Below the pieces are notes generated by a model. The model ran no database searches. It was not told the origin of the DNA and worked only from the letters and a program-made list of their open reading frames with translations. From Diplonema japonicum (taxonomy: Eukaryota; Protista; Euglenozoa: Diplonemea), in assembly GCA_964019335.1 (NCBI GenBank), contig OZ025656.1, positions 434,001-498,000 of the forward strand: 64,000 bases of DNA. The letters run 5' to 3'. A program made the translations under genes and the position numbers. Shown here piece after piece: positions 56,631 through 64,000 of this stretch. Numbering within the stretch: position 1 is the stretch's first letter; every line of letters starts with the position of its first letter.

Positions 56631-57840
56631 ATGCCCCCCCGGCGAGGTATCTCAAGTGAATGGTTGGGGGTAGTGGTGGGGTTGATGATAATAGCAGTGG
56701 TGTCTATTATAGGCTATCAAAGAAGAGTGGACAATAGGAGCGACAGAGGGGCAACAACAAGGTTCCAGGGCAACGAAGCGATGATCCGCCTGGAAAACAT
56801 GGAAGAAAGAATCGGGTCGCTCCGGGGACAGGTCGGAAGACTAAGCAACCTGGAGACCAAGGTAGCAGACCTCACAAGCGAAATAAGAAAGATCTCAAAA
56901 AAGCTCGACAAATCCGGCGAATCCCTTGAGTCCAATTCTGACCATTCATCCAACACCGGCAGCGATACCCCAGTACCTGATACAACCTTGCAAAACCCTA
57001 TAATAGAGAATATCGAATGCCCAGCATTGTCTCCTTCTGTTCATATGGAAATCCCTTTGGAACACCTTCCGAGGAAGAAGAAAACGACGGTTGCTCAGAA
57101 ATACGATAGGCGGGCAGTGAACTGTAACGGGAAAGGGCTTTGGTCTGCGGTGAGCAAGGAGGATCACTACAAGATCATGCAGCGGATAGGGAAGACCATC
57201 AACGTGAAGAAGAACGACTTGCTGTTCGATTGGGGCAGCGGGTGCGGCCACAAGCTACAATGGTTTGCAAAAGAATTTGAAACATCTGGTCTCGGGGTGG
57301 ACCTGTCGTACAAGTCCCTCCTTTACGCTTGGCAAAATACAACGAAATCCAACAAATTCTGCTACGGCGATGGTTCTAACTTGGAATGGATCCCTGACAA
57401 CACATTCGATGCCGTTTTCTCCTTCGGCTCCATTTTCCATGTCTATAACGAAACTCTAATGTGCAGGTCGTACAGGGAAATGGTACGAATAGCGAAGAAG
57501 GGCGCGAAGATCTTCAACGGTTGGACTGCAGAGGATGAGTTTCCAAACATGGCGGTGTGTGTGTTTTTTTTTTCTTCTTTTTTTTCTTTCTAATGGAATG
57601 ATGTTCTCCTCCAGGTGTTTCATTGCTTCAAAGATATCGACGTTGAAAAAATCGAAGTCATAGAAGAACTCAAAGACCTTTTTAAGGGGATCAAAACATT
57701 CCCAACAAAATACAAAGGGTATGCTGAGGGAAAAAGAATCTAAAAAAAAAAAAAAAAGGTATGGTCACGAAATTGTGAACGGCAAGGCTGAACGGCGGCT
57801 CCTCCGACCCGTCTCGTACACTCATTTAATAACAAAATAA
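56631..57840 (+). CDS. Type II membrane SAM-dependent methyltransferase with coiled-coil stem (3 exons)
   Basis: N-terminal TM; LLFDWGSGCG motif I, GVDLS, FDAVFSFG, EMVRIAKKG. Confidence 0.85.
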
Positions 57841-57841
57841 G

Positions 57842-57880
<39 letters not shown>

Positions 57881-58049
57881 CTTCTCCCCTTTAGAAAGAA
57901 GAAGTGAGCGAAAGCTAGAAATTTTTTATTCCCCCCCACCTCTGTTTTTTTCTTAATTATTTGCCTTTTCCCCTCATCTCCCTTCCGGCATTCTTCACCT
58001 AATTATTAAGGAGTATTACAATAAGAATTATCATCATAAAAATCACAAC

Positions 58050-59694
58050 ATGGATAACAAGAAGCTATTGCTAGGAGGTGCAGGGACTGCTGTCCTTGTG
58101 GGTTGCTGCGTGGCATGGAACAAGAGCAAGCAGGTGAGCGAAGATGAGGAAGGGGAGGAGGAGGCTTTTATCCCTAACGCTGCTGCGTTGGTAGAATTAA
58201 AGAGGAAGGGAGGGAAATCAGAGGAAGAGATCAGGAGAGAAGACGCCCTCATGAAGATCAAGAAAGGGCCCCGCCAAGGGTGTTCTCTACCTGAAGGGTC
58301 AATTGCCAGGATGGCCAATGGGAGCGTCCTTAAGTCTTACGTCCCGATGATCAATGCATGCAAAGCGAGGAAGTTCGCGGAAATGCCCAAAGCAGCCCAG
58401 GGTCCTCCTAGCTCGTATCCTGATGCGAATGAACTGTGGGCCAGCCCAAAAGAGCACGAATACCTCACCACCGCCACCGACGGCACCCGTTGGCAGTGGA
58501 CCAACTTCACCACTTTGGACGAGTCCAGCCAGCTTGTCTCCACACAGCACACCTACTACTCGGAGGCCTACGGCGTCAAGATCATCTTGATCCCCACCCT
58601 GAGGTTGGCTGACCGTAAATTTTTCGACTTCGCGCTCTCCGAGGCCCTCCTTCATGAGGCCGTTGTTATTGTAGAAAGCCTCCATCACGAAACGCGAAAC
58701 AAGACCATCAAGAATGCTGAGGCTGAAATTAAAAAGCGCACCCAGCCGTACACGAGGATGTCAGCACAGAGCGCATTCTCTATCCAGCAGCAGGCGTACT
58801 CAAGGGGCGAAGGTAAGGTGTCACAGGATATCGGTGGGGAGTGTGTGACGCTTGACTACCTGACCACCTGCATCGAGGCACACACGCATTGGCTGCTGGG
58901 CGATGCCGGCCTTAGCGACGCTGAGATGAGCAATGTTGGGGTAACTGTAAACGCTATAGAGACCTTCAGGGCGCTCTGCCACGTGAGGGAGCTTGAGCTT
59001 TTTAACGTCGTCGACCAGTGCCTCGTGGCAGCTGCAACCACCAGCTCCTGGAAGGAAGTGACCGGCCAGCAGAAGGAGGGCGACAAGGTGTTGGTGCTGC
59101 CATGGAACGGGCGTCACTGCTCACGAATTGAAAAGTTCCTGACGAAGCACAGGGGGTTCTCTGTGCTGGATGAGTACAAGCACCGCATTATATTTGAGAA
59201 GGAGCAGGTTATCAAGATGGTGTCGAAGGCCACCACGGAGGATCTTGAGGACGGGAAGGAGAACCAGAAGCTGCTATTGAAGGAAACTAAGCTGCCTGAG
59301 AACCCCCTCGGACCGGCCCCCTCGCACAACTTTGGGGAGTTCGCGAGCATGGTATGTTGAAGGCTTTGAAAACCAACACATGTAGGAAAACTTGAACTAC
59401 CTGAAGGAACTATCGGCAATGAAAGAGAACAACACTGGTGAGTCGCTAGAGATCTTGGTGGAAGCTGGTGCTGATGCACCTGAAAAGAAAGTGGAAGAGG
59501 TAAAGAAGGTGGAAGAGGAGGTGGAAGAGGTAAAGGAGGTGGAGGAGAGTGACAAGGTGGAGGAAACCAAGCCTGAGGAAGCAGAAGCGGAGGAGGAGGT
59601 GGAAGAAGTGGAAGAAATAGAAGAAGTGGAAGAGATCGAAGAAATTGAAGAAGAAGCCACGCAGGAGGAAACTCAGGCACCTGGTTCTGCCTAG
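58050..59694 (+). CDS. N-anchored hypothetical protein with possible TraB/GumN-like fold and Glu-rich tail (intron 59352-59385)
   Basis: N-terminal hydrophobic anchor; IILIPTLR..FF..VIVES and VLVLPWNGRH patterns; EEVEE repeats. Confidence 0.6.
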
Positions 59695-59967
59695 CGCGTT
59701 CTTTTTTTCCCCCCTCCCAGTAGTGTGTGTGATTTTTTACCCCCCCATTTTTACTTTCCCCCACAAGCCTTCATGACCATTTTGATGAAAGTTGCGAAGT
59801 GCTGGATCACAATACCACCTTTCTTCCCCCTCATTTTTTGACTTTTATTTTATATCCCCGACGTTTAATGCTTTTTTCTTTTCTTTTCCTCTTTTCTCCC
59901 CTACCCCTTTTCTTATCTCCTTTTAAGTGATCTGATGATTTGTTTCACCAAAAAAGAAAAGCTTCCG

Positions 59968-60032
59968 AAGCGGGTTAATGGACAGTCACCTTTGCTGTAA
60001 GGTGCTTTGTTGGACGTACTCTCGCAAGATGC
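59968..60032 (+). ncRNA. Single-hairpin AGA-box (H/ACA-like) snoRNA, copy 1
   Basis: GCGGG/CTCGC lower stem, ACAG-CACCTT/AAGGTG-TTGT upper stem, internal pocket, AGA just 3' of the stem; present three times. Confidence 0.75.
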
Positions 60033-60151
60033 ATGCATTGGACCAAATCTCCTTCTGAACTAAACGTGGCGGACGTGTCGCAGATGTAACGAACAGTTCT
60101 CCTTTTCACTTATTCTGACTTTCGTCTACTTCCACTTCTTCGTAAACAAGA

Positions 60152-60216
60152 AAGCGGGTTAATGGACAGCCACCTTTGCTGTAAGGTGTGTTGTTGGACG
60201 TACTCTCGCAAGATGC
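60152..60216 (+). ncRNA. AGA-box snoRNA, copy 2
   Basis: Same 65-nt unit; substitutions confined to the upper stem. Confidence 0.75.
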
Positions 60217-60297
60217 CTTCGGAGATGCCCAAGGAATGAAACAAAAACGAGTGACTTTTTGGATACTTGTTTCCCACTTTTTTTCGAAAACAAAAGA

Positions 60298-60362
60298 AAG
60301 CGGGTTAATGGACAGTCACCTTTGCTGTAAGGTGCTTTGTTGGACGTACTCTCGCAAGATGT
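60298..60362 (+). ncRNA. AGA-box snoRNA, copy 3
   Basis: Identical to copy 1 through the AGA box. Confidence 0.75.
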
Positions 60363-60391
60363 GTTGTACTTTTCGGCCAATATGTAAGAAA

Positions 60392-60461
60392 TGTCAGGAT
60401 GACTTCTACATGTTGGTCGTTGCTTCTTCCTGAATTACTTTTTCGAGGAACATAGCTGACA
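60392..60461 (+). ncRNA. Candidate box C/D snoRNA
   Basis: TGTC-AGGATGA (variant C box), internal CTGA (D'), terminal CTGA-CA; ~70 nt; adjacent to the AGA cluster. Confidence 0.45.
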
Positions 60462-60513
60462 ACACACAGTAGGCTCGCCCCGGAATTCCCCTAAGATCAT
60501 CATCCAGGAATAC

Positions 60514-60933
60514 ATGAGTCATTATGATGCTTTAGGGCTGAGTGAAGGAACAGGGGTAAAGGAGGTGGTGACGGCTTACAGGAAGAAGGTGTTAGAAGCA
60601 CATCCGGACAAAGGAGGAGACCCCGAGACATTCAGCAAAATACAGGTAGCATACGAAGTTCTAGGGAACGAGGAGAAAAAAGCTGACTACGACAAAGAGA
60701 TGTACAGCAAGAAGATGGACTTGGAAAATTGCAGCTCTGAGGTGCACCAGTTGCGAGATGTTCAAAAGACGGAAAACGAGACACGCGACGGGATGGGGTG
60801 GGAGATACCGTGCAGGTGTGGGGGTGTCTTTGAAGTGCTGGAAGACGATTTACAAGCAACGCAAGAGGAAGGGGGCGACAGCATGATCGTGGGCTGCACC
60901 CACTGCTCGCTGCAGGTGGAGATTGTGCTGTGA
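60514..60933 (+). CDS. DPH4: DPH4/DNAJC24 (J domain + CSL zinc finger)
   Basis: HYDALG, HPDK J-domain; CRCGG...CTHCSL. Confidence 0.9.
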   Translation: MSHYDALGLSEGTGVKEVVTAYRKKVLEAHPDKGGDPETFSKIQVAYEVLGNEEKKADYDKEMYSKKMDLENCSSEVHQLRDVQKTENETRDGMGWEIPCRCGGVFEVLEDDLQATQEEGGDSMIVGCTHCSLQVEIVL

Positions 60934-60995
60934 GTAAATTATCATTGTTTAGCAGACATGGCCGGCCAACTTACACGAAGGCATTTACACATAAC

Positions 60996-62669
60996 ATGCA
61001 GCCCATAATCACGGTAGAAATATCAGACGACGAAGTTGATGACGAGAAGTTCAACGACTCCCGGCCAAGCTCGCCGGTTTCAGTCGTGCCTAAGCCTTTG
61101 ATTATCTGCAGCCCGTTCAGCTGGACACCAAAAGACACCACAGGCATAGCGACGCCGGACGAACTAGAAGCAGTGATCCTGCTCGAGCGTGAAGTCGATT
61201 GCGTGGAGCTCGTCATCAAATCGCACTTCTACTGGGAGTGGTGCGAGGTGAAACGGACGCTCATAGGCAGCAACATCTCACTGTCGTGCGATTGCGATAG
61301 CTTTAAGACGGTCATCGAGGAATATGTGCGCGGCTCGGAGCTGGAGTACGATGAGGAGATTGTGAATGAAATCGCAACGACGGCCAAAGCGAACGGGATT
61401 ATGTTTCTAGAACCGTTTCTAAACCTTGTCGACACGCCTTTCCACACACACGAACTGAACGCGTTGTGGGGCAGAAGGTCCCTTGCCTACATCAAATCCA
61501 TAGCACACAGTAAGTATCGCATCTTTGAAGCGTACATTCAAGAAGCCTTCCAGAAGGGCGAGTACAGCCACGACATCGACAGTGCCATCCTGCCTGCCGA
61601 CGTGATCTGGAGCGCCTTCGAGGAAGTTGGCATCACGTTCCTCACTGACTACTACAAAAGCATGCTCTATCACAGGTACGCTTCTTGCAGTGGGCGGACA
61701 GAGCTCAAAATGATGAAAGCTGATTCTCTACTAGCGGCCTTGGAGGTTGTCGGCAGTATCGCAGACATCTGGTTGTGCAGAGAGCTCTTGGGATCTGTCA
61801 CCCATGCTTGCAGCAGGGATCTGCTTATGCAGGTTCAAAGCCTGTCGTTCCCCCCCAGATGCTTGATACAAACTTCTGGTTCACCTGCCAGCAGCCTCGC
61901 CCCTAGCCCGAGCTGCACCCCAAGGAACAGCGCCAACACACAGCCTGCACCAATTACACCGGTTACTGCAGTCACCAACATTTCCTTCATGACGAACGCT
62001 GCCAAGGGGGATGTCTTAGCCGATCCGCTGAGGTACAACCTGAGGCATCGAAAGAACCAAAACCAACACGTGGATGTAATCAGGCAGGCCTGCAAAGCTT
62101 GCGATCCCCAGAACACAGGCCATGTTTCCACTGCGGACATGGCGTCTGCTACTCTGCACATCTTCCTCAGCACGCTGCCCGACACGTGCTTCACTGCGCT
62201 GAGTGTCCTGTACAACGACACAGCAGTGCCCCTCATGATCAACTACGAATCCCTGCTGCACGACATATCCCTTAACGAGATGGCGTACGCTACCCGCTGC
62301 AGGGAGGAACCTATGTTCCACGACGAGTGCTGTCAGCTGCTGTCGTTACTATACAACAAATGGAACCTTCGCGGGCGACCGTCTGTTGTGGACGACAAAA
62401 ACACGAAACTACGCCGTCCTGAAGAGATGCAGCAAAGGATCGCCCAGGTGCTGGGAATCAGAATCCCTGATGATCTGCTGAGCCTCTTTATGTGGCAAAT
62501 CATTGATCCCACCCCAGCACCCCCTAGACTGTACGCCATGCCAACAGTTCTGCCAGACACAGCACGTGAGCTGCGTGAAAAGCTGCGAAAGCCACAGCCC
62601 TTGATAGGGTCGCTCGAGGCCGTGCAGTCCATGCTAGAGGTAATGGACGAGAAGGTGTGGGGTTTTTAA
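60996..62669 (+). CDS. Hypothetical protein with one EF-hand-like motif
   Basis: Long ORF; CDPQNTGHVSTADM; the 3' end may instead splice 62655-62709 and stop at 62715. Confidence 0.6.
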   Translation: MQPIITVEISDDEVDDEKFNDSRPSSPVSVVPKPLIICSPFSWTPKDTTGIATPDELEAVILLEREVDCVELVIKSHFYWEWCEVKRTLIGSNISLSCDCDSFKTVIEEYVRGSELEYDEEIVNEIATTAKANGIMFLEPFLNLVDTPFHTHELNALWGRRSLAYIKSIAHSKYRIFEAYIQEAFQKGEYSHDIDSAILPADVIWSAFEEVGITFLTDYYKSMLYHRYASCSGRTELKMMKADSLLAALEVVGSIADIWLCRELLGSVTHACSRDLLMQVQSLSFPPRCLIQTSGSPASSLAPSPSCTPRNSANTQPAPITPVTAVTNISFMTNAAKGDVLADPLRYNLRHRKNQNQHVDVIRQACKACDPQNTGHVSTADMASATLHIFLSTLPDTCFTALSVLYNDTAVPLMINYESLLHDISLNEMAYATRCREEPMFHDECCQLLSLLYNKWNLRGRPSVVDDKNTKLRRPEEMQQRIAQVLGIRIPDDLLSLFMWQIIDPTPAPPRLYAMPTVLPDTARELREKLRKPQPLIGSLEAVQSMLEVMDEKVWGF

Positions 62670-62742
62670 GTTTGTCTTCATCACTACCCCCCGACACGCA
62701 CTACTTCAGAAATAGGGTTTTTGCAAAGGAAAAGAAAAAGAA

Positions 62743-63347
62743 ATGCTTCGCTTTTTAACCTGTGCACTGCTCTGTGCAGTGTCTGCTGCAGAGGTTGTTG
62801 ATCTGACGTCGCTTAACTTCGACGCCATCGTGGAAGAGGAAAAGCTTGTGCTGGTGAAGTTCTACGCACCGTGGTGCGGGCACTGCAAGAGGCTTGCTCC
62901 GGACTGGGAGAAGCTTGGTGAGGAGGTCAACGCTGACAAGGTAACCATCGCAAAGATCGACTGTACAGAGGTGGGTGATGTGTGCACGAAGTTCGGAGTG
63001 AACGGGTACCCCACCCTGAAGTTCTGGGCCAAGGACTCCAAGACACCCAGCGACTACCCGGGCGGCAGGTCCTTCGATGAGCTGAAGGATTTCATTGATG
63101 AGCAGCTCGGCGGTGGGTGCGGCCCTGACGACAGAGACGCTTGTGACGCCAAAGAGCTTGAGTACATTGACACCTGGAAGGCCAAGGGCTCTGACGCTGC
63201 GAAGGACGTATGTAACCCCATGCACATTCCAACACCCCCTACCCACAGGAACTCCACCGTCTCGAGGCAATGAAGTCCACCCGTGCTCGCACGGCCGACC
63301 AGCTTTCCTGGTACAAAGCCCGAACGAAGCTTCTCAGGAAGCTCTAA
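62743..63347 (+). CDS. Single-domain protein disulfide isomerase with helical C-terminal extension (intron 63208-63248)
   Basis: Signal peptide; VKFYAPWCGHCK, GYPTLK; no KDEL-type end. Confidence 0.9.
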
Positions 63348-63495
63348 ACAGTGTCCCCCCCTCCCCCCCGTTACCCTTATAACGTGAACAATTGGCTTGT
63401 AACGGTCTGTTTTCACATAATCCTCCCCCGCCCACCTTCATGGTAGCTCCCGTAACATCCTCTTGTTCCCCGCCCCATTTTACATATATTCAACG

Positions 63496-64000
63496 ATGAC
63501 AACGATGAGCATGAACCACAGGAAGGGGGGGATGACGAAGAAGATCAGCGATGCGATGGTGGGGCGGATAGCAGGGAAGGTGGAAATGATGGTTCTGAAG
63601 AAGTGTGGGAAGCGTGTCGGGAAGGAGCAGAAGAGGAGGGTGAACGAGGACATCCGCGCGTTACTACAAACGAAGGGCGCGTTGGCGCACAAGGATCTCG
63701 CGAAGATAGCGGCGAGGATTGGAAAAGGGTTTACAGAGGAGTCCATGTTACTACCGCCGGTAAACCTTCCCTCGTCGTCTGACGTGAACACCGCAGTGAG
63801 AAGTGAGGTGGGAATAAATTCGAGTGAGATAGAGTCAATGAAGCCTACCCCGACAAATGTGTCCGAGAGGGATAGAGAATATTGGAGGTCAAGACAATCC
63901 CCCGCAAGCCAGTGGGCGACGGGCATCAGCAACGACATACGTACATTCAAAACGGAACAAGCTGAATACCAAACGAAGCTGCGGAACGCTGCATTGCAAC
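63496..64000 (+). CDS. Hypothetical protein, 3'-truncated by the window
   Basis: MTTMSMNHRKGG... frame open to the end of the window. Confidence 0.55.
   Translation, partial: MTTMSMNHRKGGMTKKISDAMVGRIAGKVEMMVLKKCGKRVGKEQKRRVNEDIRALLQTKGALAHKDLAKIAARIGKGFTEESMLLPPVNLPSSSDVNTAVRSEVGINSSEIESMKPTPTNVSERDREYWRSRQSPASQWATGISNDIRTFKTEQAEYQTKLRNAALQ

Noticed and set aside
59968-60362. Three direct repeats with unique spacers resembling a CRISPR array
   Set aside because: Repeats are 65 nt with irregular long spacers, there are no cas genes, and the unit folds as an AGA-box snoRNA
62872-62886. Possible selenoprotein PDI
   Set aside because: Active site is TGG TGC GGG CAC TGC (WCGHC); no in-frame TGA
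1-64000. Functional operon linking phosphate/inositol/Ca2+ genes (CNB1, PIP5K, Nudix, SPX-PRPS)
   Set aside because: The genes are far apart and interleaved with unrelated ones; euglenozoan clusters are generally not functionally organised

Overview
Eukaryotic nuclear DNA, most consistent with a euglenozoan (diplonemid-like) protist. About 35 protein-coding genes all lie on the + strand in one tightly packed unidirectional cluster. About 50 tiny (~34-72 nt) GT-AG introns interrupt them, often filled with poly-A, and the spacers between genes are homopolymer-rich. Recognisable genes are calcineurin B, prohibitin, a large EF-hand/PIP5K protein, HID1, a Nudix hydrolase, DRC12/CCDC153, a GT-A glycosyltransferase, TVP23, ORC5-like, RPL23a, YAK1 kinase, ARV1, an organellar release factor, a SAM methyltransferase, DPH4 and a PDI. 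An accessory block (12.6-21.8 kb) holds five tandem copies of a 94-aa Cys/His-rich gene, an assembly gap, a degenerate TIR DNA transposon (Sola-like motif) and two tandem Tweety/prominin-like 5-TM genes. A snoRNA cluster (3 AGA-box hairpins plus a C/D candidate) lies at ~60 kb. The strongest candidates for new biology appear only after manual splicing: (1) an intact SPX inositol-pyrophosphate sensor fused to a catalytically degenerate PRPP synthetase, and (2) a PIP 5-kinase fused to a degenerate SHIP-like PH/5-phosphatase/C2 module. All exon models and family calls were made by eye; no searches were run.
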